This document shows positions 22,390 through 31,536 of a stretch of 64,000 nucleotides of DNA, piece by piece. Location: NCBI GenBank assembly GCA_965277715.1, contig OZ255836.1:768001-832000 (forward strand), written 5' to 3'. Below the pieces are notes generated by a model, which saw only the letters and a program-made list of their open reading frames with translations, was not told the origin of the DNA and searched no databases. This DNA comes from Gammaproteobacteria bacterium (lineage in GTDB: Bacteria; Pseudomonadota; Gammaproteobacteria; JBCCGL01). Position 1 is the first letter of the stretch; each line of letters opens with the position of its first letter. Both the position numbers and the translations under genes were made by a program.

Positions 22390-22578
22390 TTAAAAAGAAG
22401 CGGAACCCGCCAGGGCTTGAATATCAGCCGCCGCAAAGCCAGTCCTGCGATTTCTCCGTCAGAACCAACCAAAATCATAAGCCAACTCTTTTAAAGGTCT
22501 ATGGCAATGCCCCTGAGGCCTGAGCCGACGATGTGTCCGTTCAAAGAGAGTGGATAAAAAATCGGCTAACAAACTCAC
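22390..22578 (-). pseudogene. matA: Malonyl-CoA decarboxylase remnant: N-terminus fused to C-terminal tail
   Basis: GTG overlapping the dctM stop opens SLLADFLSTLFER...RPLKELAYD; +1 shift gives LVGSDGEIAGLAL; another frame gives AAADIQALAGSASF-stop; sits in the expected matA slot between dctM and matB. Confidence 0.7.
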
Positions 22579-23891
22579 CGGACAGAACCCATAACGACAT
22601 CGGGCAGCCAAGTAGCCATCTCTGGAATCAGGCAGAGTAAAACAATCGCTAAAACCATACAGGCGACATAGGGCAATGAACCGGTAAGGATTGTTTTCAG
22701 CGAGATTTCCGGCGCGATACCGTTAATCACATAGAGGTTAAGACCCACTGGAGGCGAAATTAACCCAATCTCCATGTTAATGGTCAACACAACGGCAAAC
22801 CATATTGGGTCGAAGCCGGCTGTTACGATAATGGGCAGCAATATCGGCGCCGCCATCAAGATGACTGCGACAGGCGGTAAAAAGAAACCGGCAATTAGGA
22901 GAAACACGTTGACGGCGCCCATCAACACCCAGCGATTAACATCCAACGTGCCGATCCACTCTGCGATGGATTGGGTGATGAATAGCGAAGACAACATATA
23001 AGAAAACACACCAGCGGCGGCGATGATGAATAGAATCATCACTGACTCCTTCGTACTGTCGCGCAACACCACCCAGATTGAACGAGGGTGCCAAAGCTTG
23101 TAGATGACAATAGCAATCAACAGGCAAAGCAAGGCACCTACGGCAGCAGTCTCTGAAGGCGTTGCTACTCCGCCATACATGGCATAGAGCACACCAATAA
23201 TAATGAGGATAAACGGTAGCACCCGGGGGAGAATTTCAAAACGCTCTGCCCACGTGTACCTGACTGAGCCCATTTGTGCTCTGTTACCCGAACGCCAGGT
23301 TGAATACAAAGACCACGCCATGAACAATCCGACCAGCATCAGCCCTGGAATTACCCCGGCGAGAAAGAGGCGACCAATGGATGTTTCTGTGGCGATGCCA
23401 TAGACAATCATCGTTACCGATGGGGGAATAAGGATACCCAGTGTTCCCCCTGCAGCGATTGAACCGGCCGCCACTGCGTCGGGATAGCCTCGTTTACGCA
23501 TTTCTGGGATACCCATTTTCCCAATAGCCGCACAGGTTGCCGGAGAAGAACCGGACATTGCTGAAAATAATGCGCACGCACCAAGGTTAGAAATCACCAG
23601 TCCGCCAGGTACACGCGTTAGCCAACGCTCAAGTGCTTCATACAAATCTGCACCGGCCCGGGTAGAGGCAACAGACGCGCCCATAATGATGAACATAGGG
23701 ATCGACAACAGTGCAAAGTTGTCCAGTTTTCCGAAGAGGATTTCAGGCATCAATTCCAGAGAACGCAGCCCGTCGAAGGTGATCAGAAACCCGGCAGATA
23801 CGATTAACAGGCCGATCGCCACTGACACACCGGAGAACAATACGAGGATGGTAGTGATGGCAACCAATCCACCAAGAAGTAAGGGATCCAA
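22575..23891 (-). CDS. dctM: TRAP large permease (malonate-type locus)
   Basis: SIPMFI, SGSSPAT, GIPEMRKRGY, GGTLGILIPPS, ISPPVGLNLY. Confidence 0.93.
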   Translation of the reverse strand: MDPLLLGGLVAITTILVLFSGVSVAIGLLIVSAGFLITFDGLRSLELMPEILFGKLDNFALLSIPMFIIMGASVASTRAGADLYEALERWLTRVPGGLVISNLGACALFSAMSGSSPATCAAIGKMGIPEMRKRGYPDAVAAGSIAAGGTLGILIPPSVTMIVYGIATETSIGRLFLAGVIPGLMLVGLFMAWSLYSTWRSGNRAQMGSVRYTWAERFEILPRVLPFILIIIGVLYAMYGGVATPSETAAVGALLCLLIAIVIYKLWHPRSIWVVLRDSTKESVMILFIIAAAGVFSYMLSSLFITQSIAEWIGTLDVNRWVLMGAVNVFLLIAGFFLPPVAVILMAAPILLPIIVTAGFDPIWFAVVLTINMEIGLISPPVGLNLYVINGIAPEISLKTILTGSLPYVACMVLAIVLLCLIPEMATWLPDVVMGSVR

Positions 23892-23893
23892 GG

Positions 23894-24439
23894 TTAGTCC
23901 TCCAACCCGAAGGGTTTATCTATTTCCAGTAATACAGCCACAAGATCAGCAATTAACTGGAGAAGAAAAAGCGCAAAGCCGACGGGGAGGGCGAGGTAAG
24001 GTATCCAAAGGCGAACACCCCAAACGGTGTCTGAGCGCCACCCCCGATCCCATGCGATATGCCAGTGCTCAAAACCGTACCAAAGCATCACCGCGACAAT
24101 TGAGATGGATAAAACGGATGTCAGAATGGCCATCACGTATCGAGGCCGACGTGAAAGTGATAAAGGAATCAGATCCACATTCACATGACCCCGCAGGCGT
24201 TGGACATAAGAAAGCCCAATAAGGGTTGCGGCAACCATCAGATAGATGACCGCTTCGGTCTGCCACACTGTCGAGCCATTCAATACAAAGCGCACCACAA
24301 TCATCTGACATGTAATTGTCACTGCCAGGACGATCATCGCTGCTGATAGCCAACCTGCCAGGGTAGAGATGCCCGCGACAAACCGAAGAAAACGGTTACC
24401 TCTCGTGTTCGAAACAGCAAATGAGGATTGTCCTGCCAT
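23894..24439 (-). CDS. dctQ: TRAP small permease
   Basis: VWQTE, GHVNVD, four TM segments. Confidence 0.9.
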   Translation of the reverse strand: MAGQSSFAVSNTRGNRFLRFVAGISTLAGWLSAAMIVLAVTITCQMIVVRFVLNGSTVWQTEAVIYLMVAATLIGLSYVQRLRGHVNVDLIPLSLSRRPRYVMAILTSVLSISIVAVMLWYGFEHWHIAWDRGWRSDTVWGVRLWIPYLALPVGFALFLLQLIADLVAVLLEIDKPFGLED

Positions 24440-24464
24440 GATCGTTATCCTGTTAAGTGCATGT

Positions 24465-24495
24465 AAGAAAAGGGGCGGTTATATGTGTCGCCCCT
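24465..24495 (-). terminator. Hairpin + T-tract between dctP and dctQ (attenuator or mRNA-stabilising stem)
   Basis: Minus strand AGGGGCGAC-loop-ACCGCCCCT followed by TTTCTT. Confidence 0.55.
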
Positions 24496-24516
24496 CACAA
24501 ACTCTTACCAGGATGA

Positions 24517-25512
24517 TTACTCGACAGCCAGCGCCATATCCAGCAGCGCTTGTCCATCCTTAACTTCTTCAACGAAGGCTTTGTATGATGTGTCTTGGGC
24601 AATAGCACGCCACGCTGCGAAATCACTTGCGCTCATCTCTGCAATTTCAACACCTGCCTCGCGGAACTTGTCAGTCGAAGCCGCATCTTGTTTCTTCGCC
24701 TCTGCCAGGTAAAAAGCCTCCGCCTTTTTGGAGGCAGCCAATAGAGCGCTTTGTTGGGCATCATTTAACCCGTCGAACGTTCCTTTATTCATCAATAACG
24801 GCTGATACATAAACCAAAGGGCTACGTCACCAGCAGGTGTATAGCAGCTCACTTGCTCATAAATACGATAAGATACAAATGAGGAAGACGAGGTATTGGC
24901 AGCGTTTAGAACCCCAGTTTGCATGGCATTGTAGATTTCTGATGACGCCATTGATGCTATCGATGCCCCGGCTCCCGCTAACATCTGCTCAAAAGCTTTT
25001 CCTGCGGCTCGGGTTTGCAGACCCTTTACATGCTCTGGCTTGGTGATGCACTTGTCCTTTCCTGCAAAGCCACCGGCGAGATAACCATGGACCAGTACCA
25101 TGACATCATCTTCAGCCATTTTTTTCTCCAACGCCTTCATAAAGGGAGATTTACTCAGTCGTGCAGCGTGATCATGGTTTTTAACCAGACCTGGCATCAG
25201 CGTTAGGTTGTAAGCTGGTTGTTGCCCGCCCGCGTAGCTAAGGGGCAGTACCGTCATGTCTAGCTGGCCACGACTCAACGGCTTGTATTGTTCTCGCGGC
25301 TTGAACAGTGATTTTGAGCCAAATATCTTGATAGAGAGATCAACATTTGCTGCAGCAACCTCATCTGCAACGATCTTTGCTACCTTGTGGCGAATGTCTT
25401 TGTTCGACCACTGGTGCGAAAGCCGCAGTTCAGCGGCGTATGAAGATTGGACTGCTAACCCAAGTAATAGAGCAGTTATTGAGCAAAAAGCTGTTTTTGT
25501 TACTGATTTCAT
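24517..25512 (-). CDS. dctP: TRAP solute-binding protein, carboxylate (malonate) type
   Basis: Sec signal, LRLSHQW, KGLQTRAAG with the conserved Arg; GGAGG RBS before ATG 25512. Confidence 0.9.
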   Translation of the reverse strand: MKSVTKTAFCSITALLLGLAVQSSYAAELRLSHQWSNKDIRHKVAKIVADEVAAANVDLSIKIFGSKSLFKPREQYKPLSRGQLDMTVLPLSYAGGQQPAYNLTLMPGLVKNHDHAARLSKSPFMKALEKKMAEDDVMVLVHGYLAGGFAGKDKCITKPEHVKGLQTRAAGKAFEQMLAGAGASIASMASSEIYNAMQTGVLNAANTSSSSFVSYRIYEQVSCYTPAGDVALWFMYQPLLMNKGTFDGLNDAQQSALLAASKKAEAFYLAEAKKQDAASTDKFREAGVEIAEMSASDFAAWRAIAQDTSYKAFVEEVKDGQALLDMALAVE

Positions 25513-25593
25513 TAATTCTTCCTCCAAGTAATTTACCCATCAATAAAGGTGTTGCACAAATATAAGCCAATGTTGAATACTATAGAAATGTTA

Positions 25594-25605
25594 TTGTATA
25601 CACAA
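25594..25605. promoter_or_regulatory. Putative GntR operator
   Basis: Near-palindrome TTGTATACACAA in the divergent dctP/GntR spacer, resembling GntR/FadR-family TTGTATACAA boxes. Confidence 0.5.
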
Positions 25606-25631
25606 GGTTGCACTATGTATTTGTTAGATAA

Positions 25632-26315
25632 ATGGATAAACTAATGACCATGAAGCCAAGAGCTGCAGATAACGTTGCGAAAGAGCTAGAAGAGCTTATC
25701 TTCAACGGCACATTTACGGATGGTGACAGGTTAGATGAAATCCGCTTGGCTGAACATTTTGGTGTTTCCAGAACGCCAATTAGAGAAGCATTTCAGAAAC
25801 TTGCATATTCCGGCCTGTTGGAACTAATTCCCAGGCAGGGCGCGTTTATACGCCAACCAGGACCCATTGATCTGATCGAGATGTTCGAGGTGATGAGTGA
25901 GATGGAAGCAATCTGCGCTCGTCTAGCCACTATCCGAATTTCAAATGAGGCGCTAAATGAGCTTTATCGTGCCAACGAGAATTGCAGATTAGCAGTGGAT
26001 GCCGATACTCCAGATCAGTATTACTTTGAGAATGAAAAGTTTCACAAGATCATTTACAAACAATCTGGAAATGGTTTTCTAGAAGCAGAAGCCATCAGGT
26101 TACACAACCGGTTAAAGCCATTTCGCCGCCATCAACTGCGGTTACGTGGACGGATGGCACAATCGTTAAGTGAGCACGAAATGGTAGTGTCCGCGATGAA
26201 GGAAGGTAATCCGGAAGCCGCCGCCAATGCGCTTCGTGATCACGTTGCTGTTCAAGGTGAAAAGTTTCAAAACCTGATGGCGATCCTGAAAGAGTCTTCC
26301 AAACAATCAGCTTGA
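25632..26315 (+). CDS. GntR/FCD-family regulator
   Basis: GDRLDE..LAEHFGVSRTPIREA; NEKFH, SLSEH, LRDHV of the FCD domain. Confidence 0.92.
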   Translation: MDKLMTMKPRAADNVAKELEELIFNGTFTDGDRLDEIRLAEHFGVSRTPIREAFQKLAYSGLLELIPRQGAFIRQPGPIDLIEMFEVMSEMEAICARLATIRISNEALNELYRANENCRLAVDADTPDQYYFENEKFHKIIYKQSGNGFLEAEAIRLHNRLKPFRRHQLRLRGRMAQSLSEHEMVVSAMKEGNPEAAANALRDHVAVQGEKFQNLMAILKESSKQSA

Positions 26316-26535
26316 TTGTTTCACCCTTCAGACCAACCCCAGCGAAACCAGCTGTGCCCTATATTTACACATGCTATAAGGTGACACCTACTGGTGTTTA
26401 ACGGGTTAGCTTAGCGTTATTCCAGCTCTTGTTGCAAACGCTGCACAATGTCTTCAAAGTGCTTTTTTCCAACGACAGTATAAAGCGCAAAAGAGACCGC
26501 CATTGCACGCATCCGGGGTGTCCATTGGCTATCGT

Positions 26536-26574
26536 GAGGGTGTCGGGAAGCACAGTAGTTTTCTGATACACCTC
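26536..26574. repeat. Palindromic element, copy 3
   Basis: GAGGGTGTCGGGAAG-CACAGTAG-TTTTCTGATACACCTC; left arm 12/14 identical to AGGGTGTCGGAAAA. Confidence 0.6.
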
Positions 26575-26893
26575 AGAGTGGCAGGTAACGCAGCCCCCGA
26601 GGGGTCAGCTTGAGCAGGTGATTACCCACACTGTCGCGCTCAATAATGTCGACCAGACGCCGTTTTTCCAAGCGATCCAGTACATTAAGCACATCTTTGA
26701 AATCCAGGTTTGCACTGTTTACCAGGTCGTGAAGCCGTACTTCTTCGTCATCCGTTTCGGAGAGTTGGCGCAGCACCGCCTCGCCAATTGTTTCGGCTGC
26801 CTCGTCGATATAGTCTTGTGCAGCGTATTTTTTCTGCTGGGGCTTGTCTGGGCGCAGCCAGGAGACATCCAGCTGTTTTAAAATTTGGATCAT
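26573..26893 (-). CDS. Hypothetical winged-helix (MarR-like) protein
   Basis: VLNVLDRLEKRRLV.I.ERD...LKLTPRG is a typical wHTH recognition helix and wing. Confidence 0.6.
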   Translation of the reverse strand: MIQILKQLDVSWLRPDKPQQKKYAAQDYIDEAAETIGEAVLRQLSETDDEEVRLHDLVNSANLDFKDVLNVLDRLEKRRLVDIIERDSVGNHLLKLTPRGLRYLPL

Positions 26894-26988
26894 AACTGAT
26901 CGCCTAAGGGGTAATATGCTGTGTGTTGAGTGTACACAACCTCTATCTGGAAAAAATAAATCTGCGCACCTTACTTCATTGTTTTTGG

Positions 26989-27894
26989 TTAAGTCGCTGT
27001 TGTTTTCGCTCTATCTTTAAAATACTCATCAACAACCCCGGCAAATAACAGGCTGATTCGTGACATCGGTTTATTGGCCGGATAGAGCAAGACCAGATCA
27101 CTGGGAATCGATGGTTGGAAGGGTTTAACCACCAGCTTGTGGTGAATTTGCCCATGGTCGAAAACCGGCCCAATCACGGCGATACCCAGCCCGGCGGCGA
27201 CCATCCCACACACCGCGTCGGTCGTGCGTGCCTCGATGTGCATTTCACGTTGGCAGCCCGCTTCGCTAAAGGCTCTATCGATGGCATGGCGGGCGACCGA
27301 ATCGGATTTAAACGAGATAAATTTTTCACCGTGCAGGTCGTTGACATCGATGCTGTGCTGATCTGCCAATGGGTGGTGTCTGGGCAGAATACAGACTGCA
27401 TTACCACAGGCGACTGACCGTGTGCTCAGCGCTGGATTGTCGACGGGTTGGGTGGACAGCCCCACATCGCATTGCTGGGAAACCACCCAGTCAAATACCC
27501 GCTGTGAGGCCTGTACTTCGAGTGAGATGGCAATATTTGGATAGGCATCAGAAAATTTTGCAATTAACCCGGCCATCAGCGTCGAGGTCAGGCTGGGAAT
27601 GGTGATTAAACGCAGGCGCCCCTGCTGGCAATTGCGTATCGAGACCGCTGTGCTGTCGAGCTGTTCGAGGCCAATAAACGCACGCTCCACCTCGTCGAAA
27701 AAGGCATGCCCCTCGTTGGTTGGGAACAGTTGACGGTTTGCGCGGGTGAATAATTTGAAGCCGATATGTTGCTCCAAATCAGCCAGTATACGGCTGACTG
27801 CGGGCTGTGAAACAAACAGCATATTGGCGGCCTGAGTGACCGAGCCTGTCACCATAATGGCGCGAAATGCTTCAATTTGTCGCAGTGTTACCAT
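26989..27894 (-). CDS. LysR-family regulator (OccR/NocR/LysR-like subgroup)
   Basis: LRQIEAFRAIMVTGSVTQAA.ML.VSQPAVSR; divergent from the ALDH operon. Confidence 0.9.
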   Translation of the reverse strand: MVTLRQIEAFRAIMVTGSVTQAANMLFVSQPAVSRILADLEQHIGFKLFTRANRQLFPTNEGHAFFDEVERAFIGLEQLDSTAVSIRNCQQGRLRLITIPSLTSTLMAGLIAKFSDAYPNIAISLEVQASQRVFDWVVSQQCDVGLSTQPVDNPALSTRSVACGNAVCILPRHHPLADQHSIDVNDLHGEKFISFKSDSVARHAIDRAFSEAGCQREMHIEARTTDAVCGMVAAGLGIAVIGPVFDHGQIHHKLVVKPFQPSIPSDLVLLYPANKPMSRISLLFAGVVDEYFKDRAKTTAT

Positions 27895-28075
27895 AGGGTT
27901 TACCCGCTCCAGGTATTAACTATTCATAACATACAATAATCAATGCAAACAGATAAAGCATTAGTTTTTATAAATTGAGCTATACATAATCTATTTACAA
28001 GCCCTGTTTTTCGGGCGGGATAGTGGGGATTTACCCAAGTGGCAGAAAGATAGCTATTGGCAAAGAATCGTATCG

Positions 28076-29551
28076 ATGCGTGCTATAAAAAAATATACGT
28101 TGTTCATTGGTGGTGAGTGGTGTGATCCGCACACCGGTGCGTGGTTTGACGCTGAAAACCCCTATAACGGTGAACAGTGGTGTGCCATTGCGCGTGCGGG
28201 CGCGGAGGATGTCGATGCCGCTGTTGCGGCGGCGCATAGGGCCTTTACGCAGGGTGCCTGGCCACAAATGCACGCTGTCGAACGGGCGCGATTGCTGCGC
28301 CGGGCAGGCGATATATTACGCAGCCGCTGCCAGCAGATCGCCGAACTTGAGATTCGCGACATCGGCAAGCGAATCACCGAGAGTGAAGCACAGATTCACG
28401 CGACGGCCGATTGGCTGGATTACTACGCCGGTCTCGCCGACAAAATAGAGGGCCGTGTGATCCCGCTGCCGCGTGCCGATGTGTTTAATTACACACTGCG
28501 TGAACCCCTGGGGGTAGTCGCTGCCATCACGCCGTGGAATTCGCCGGTAATGATCGCGGTATGGAAAATTGCCCCCGCTTTGGCGGCGGGCAATACGGTG
28601 ATCGTCAAGCCCTCTGAGCACGCCTCAGCCTCGACGCTGGCACTGATGCAGGTGTTTGAGGCGGCGGGTTTTCCCGCCGGTGTCGTCAACACCATTACCG
28701 GCTTCGCCAATGAATGCGGGCAAGCGCTGGTGGCGCATCCCGGCGTTGCCAAAGTCACTTTTACCGGCTCGGAGACTGGCGGGCGGGCAATCAATCAATC
28801 GGCTGGTGCCTCGTTTAAACGCGTGACGATGGAGCTGGGCGGTAAATCGCCGCAAATCGTTTTCCCCGATGCGGATATAAGTAGCGCAGTCAATGGGGTT
28901 ATCTCTGGTGTGTTTCTCTCCAATGGCCAGACCTGCGTCGCCGGTTCGCGTTTGTATTTGCACCGCGATATAGCCGATACGTTTGTCCAGCAATTGACTG
29001 CCGCACTGGCCGATTTGCGCATGGGCGACCCATTTGATCCCGCCACACAGATTGGCCCTATCGCCAACCGTCAACAGTTCGATAAGGTGATGGGGTTTAT
29101 CGAAGAGGCCTGCGCTGCGGGTGCCCACTGCCTCTACGGTGGGCATGCGTGTCCTGACGTGGGGCAGGGCCTGTTTATTCAGCCGACCGTTTTTACCAAT
29201 GTCAGTGCCGATATGCGTATTATGCGTGAAGAGGTGTTTGGGCCGGTATTGGTGGTGAGTCAGTTTGACGATGAAGAAGACGTCATCGCCAGGGCCAACG
29301 ATTCGCCCTATGGCCTCGCCGCCGGGGTGTGGACGCAAAATCTGCAACGGGCACATTCGATAGTCAAGCGCATTAATAGCGGTACGGTGTACGTAAACAC
29401 CTACCGCGCCGTTGGCGTTAGCTCTCCTGTAGGTGGCTATAAAAACAGTGGGTTTGGGCGTGAAAATGGTATCGAGGCGATCGATGAATTTTTACAAACG
29501 AAAAGTGTATGGGTGGGCATTGGTGAGGGCGTGGCTCACCCTTTGAAGTAA
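28076..29551 (+). CDS. NAD(P)-dependent aldehyde dehydrogenase
   Basis: ITPWNSP, FTGS, MELGGKSP, NGQTCVAGSR (catalytic Cys), EEVFGPV. Confidence 0.95.
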   Translation: MRAIKKYTLFIGGEWCDPHTGAWFDAENPYNGEQWCAIARAGAEDVDAAVAAAHRAFTQGAWPQMHAVERARLLRRAGDILRSRCQQIAELEIRDIGKRITESEAQIHATADWLDYYAGLADKIEGRVIPLPRADVFNYTLREPLGVVAAITPWNSPVMIAVWKIAPALAAGNTVIVKPSEHASASTLALMQVFEAAGFPAGVVNTITGFANECGQALVAHPGVAKVTFTGSETGGRAINQSAGASFKRVTMELGGKSPQIVFPDADISSAVNGVISGVFLSNGQTCVAGSRLYLHRDIADTFVQQLTAALADLRMGDPFDPATQIGPIANRQQFDKVMGFIEEACAAGAHCLYGGHACPDVGQGLFIQPTVFTNVSADMRIMREEVFGPVLVVSQFDDEEDVIARANDSPYGLAAGVWTQNLQRAHSIVKRINSGTVYVNTYRAVGVSSPVGGYKNSGFGRENGIEAIDEFLQTKSVWVGIGEGVAHPLK

Positions 29552-29698
29552 GTGGTGAGTGTTTACCAATGCCTTTACACAGGATAAAGTGTGCCCAAGC
29601 TGTAGTGTGTTTGACGATATGCCGGGTAATGGCCAATGAAGGTGGTTTTTATATGATCTACACAACACAAAAAGAAAACCAGCGGTGGATGGCCGGTT

Positions 29699-30547
29699 TT
29701 GCCGCCTGAATACGCCAACACCGGTATGCTTGAACGCCTGCCGCCGGGCAGGCGGTCGAGGTTGTTCACGCGTAAATCACCCCTCATCGATGTTGTGCAA
29801 CTGTTGCTGTTGCTGGGCGGGGTCGCCTGGTTGATTTACGCCGGTGCCGCCGCTATGGAGTACAACTGGCAATGGTATCGCGTGGATAAATTTATCTACC
29901 GTATAGTCGACGGTGAGTTTATTCCCGGCCGTTTGCTACAGGGGTTGGTGATTACCTTCAAGCTGACAGCGTTTAGTATGTTGCTTACGCTGATCATTGG
30001 TTTAATCACTACTTTACTGCGGTTATCTGACTCTTTCTCTGGGCGTTTACTCGCCACGATTTACCTCGAAGCCATTCGCAATACACCGCTCCTGGTACAG
30101 TTGTTTATTTTTTACTTTGTGCTCTCACCTATTATCGGCATTGACCGGTTTTGGACGGGCGTGTTGTGCCTGGCTTTTTTTGAAGGGTCATTTGCCGCAG
30201 AAATTCTGCGCGCTGGCATTCAGTCGGTGCCGCGTGGCCAGCGCGAAGCGGCCGATGCGATTGGTTTGTCGCGGTTTAACCGATTTCGCGATGTGATTTT
30301 ACCCCAATCGATCCCGCTGATTTTGCCGCCGCTGACCGGTTTGATTATCAATTTAATCAAACACTCCGCCATTGTCAGTGTGATCGCGGTGGCCGACCTG
30401 ACAACCGAGGGGTTAAATATTATTTCAGAGACATTTATGGCCTTTGAAATCTGGTTCACCGTTGCTGCGATTTACCTCGTGGTGACAGTGTCACTTTCAT
30501 TTTTTGTCTCCTGGATCGAACGCTATTTTCGCCAGGGCTTTAAATGA
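29699..30547 (+). CDS. Polar amino acid/opine ABC transporter permease (start uncertain)
   Basis: IRNTPLLVQL, AEILRAGIQSVPRGQREAA (EAA loop), IKHSAIVS. Confidence 0.9.
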   Translation: MPPEYANTGMLERLPPGRRSRLFTRKSPLIDVVQLLLLLGGVAWLIYAGAAAMEYNWQWYRVDKFIYRIVDGEFIPGRLLQGLVITFKLTAFSMLLTLIIGLITTLLRLSDSFSGRLLATIYLEAIRNTPLLVQLFIFYFVLSPIIGIDRFWTGVLCLAFFEGSFAAEILRAGIQSVPRGQREAADAIGLSRFNRFRDVILPQSIPLILPPLTGLIINLIKHSAIVSVIAVADLTTEGLNIISETFMAFEIWFTVAAIYLVVTVSLSFFVSWIERYFRQGFK

Positions 30548-30604
30548 AGCCTGAAGCCGTCGTTTAACGACGATAATAATTCCATTGTACGGAGGAAATA
30601 TCTG

Positions 30605-31435
30605 ATGAAGTTTCAACGTTTAACAAAAACCATCGTCGCTGCTGTTGCGGCTTTGGCGATAACGGGGCTGGCGCAAGCGGGTGTCCAACAGGATTTGGCC
30701 TCTGCCAGTGTTATTGAAGAGATAAAGAAGCGCGGTAGCCTGCGCGTGGGTATGGCGACATTTGTACCGTGGGCGATGCGTGATAAACAGGGCAACCTGA
30801 TTGGCTTTGAAATCGATGTGGCGAAAAAAGTTGCCGCCGATATGGAGGTCGAGGTTGAATTTGTACCAACTGCCTGGTCGGGCATTATCCCGGCACTTAT
30901 CGCCAGGAAATTCGATGTGATTATTGGTGGTATGTCGGTTACGCCCGGCCGTAACCTGACGGTTAACTTTACCACCCCTTACGCGCACTCCGGTCAGCAA
31001 ATGGTCGCCAGCAAAAAAGCAGCCGGTGGTTTCAAGTTGGCAGATTTTAACGATTCGAGCGTTACCATTGCCTGTCGACGTGGTGCCACACCGTGCAAAA
31101 TTGCCCAGAATACGTTCCCCAAAGCCACCATCAACCGCTTTGACGATGATGCCCAGGCGATTCAGGAAGTGCGCAATGGCAATGCACACGCGGTTATTTC
31201 ATCGGCGCCCAAGCCACGTTTTTGGATGTTGAAAAACCCCGAGGTATTGTTTATGCCGACAGAAAACAATCTGTCTACGGGTGATGAAGCATTCGCTTTG
31301 CGCAAAGGTGACCCGGACGCGTTGAATTTTTTCAGCAACTGGATTTTGGTTAATACCAGCAATGGTTGGCTGAAAGAGCGTCACAACTATTGGTTTACCC
31401 AGCAGGACTGGGCCGACCAGGTGGCAGAGCAATAA
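30605..31435 (+). CDS. Polar amino acid ABC transporter solute-binding protein (family 3)
   Basis: Signal peptide, LIGFEIDVAK, WSGIIPAL...KFDVIIGGMSVTPGR. Confidence 0.92.
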   Translation: MKFQRLTKTIVAAVAALAITGLAQAGVQQDLASASVIEEIKKRGSLRVGMATFVPWAMRDKQGNLIGFEIDVAKKVAADMEVEVEFVPTAWSGIIPALIARKFDVIIGGMSVTPGRNLTVNFTTPYAHSGQQMVASKKAAGGFKLADFNDSSVTIACRRGATPCKIAQNTFPKATINRFDDDAQAIQEVRNGNAHAVISSAPKPRFWMLKNPEVLFMPTENNLSTGDEAFALRKGDPDALNFFSNWILVNTSNGWLKERHNYWFTQQDWADQVAEQ

Positions 31436-31463
31436 AGTAACGCGATTTAGCAATACCCTCGTC

Positions 31464-31508
31464 AGGGTGTCGGAAAATGCCGTAAACGCGGTGGTTTTTC
31501 GGCACCCT
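31464..31508. repeat. Palindromic element, copy 4 (after the binding-protein gene)
   Basis: AGGGTGTCGGAAAA...TTTTTCGGCACCCT forms a 14-bp stem with two G-U pairs. Confidence 0.7.
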
Positions 31509-31536
31509 TATTGATTGGGTTGTTATCGGATACACG

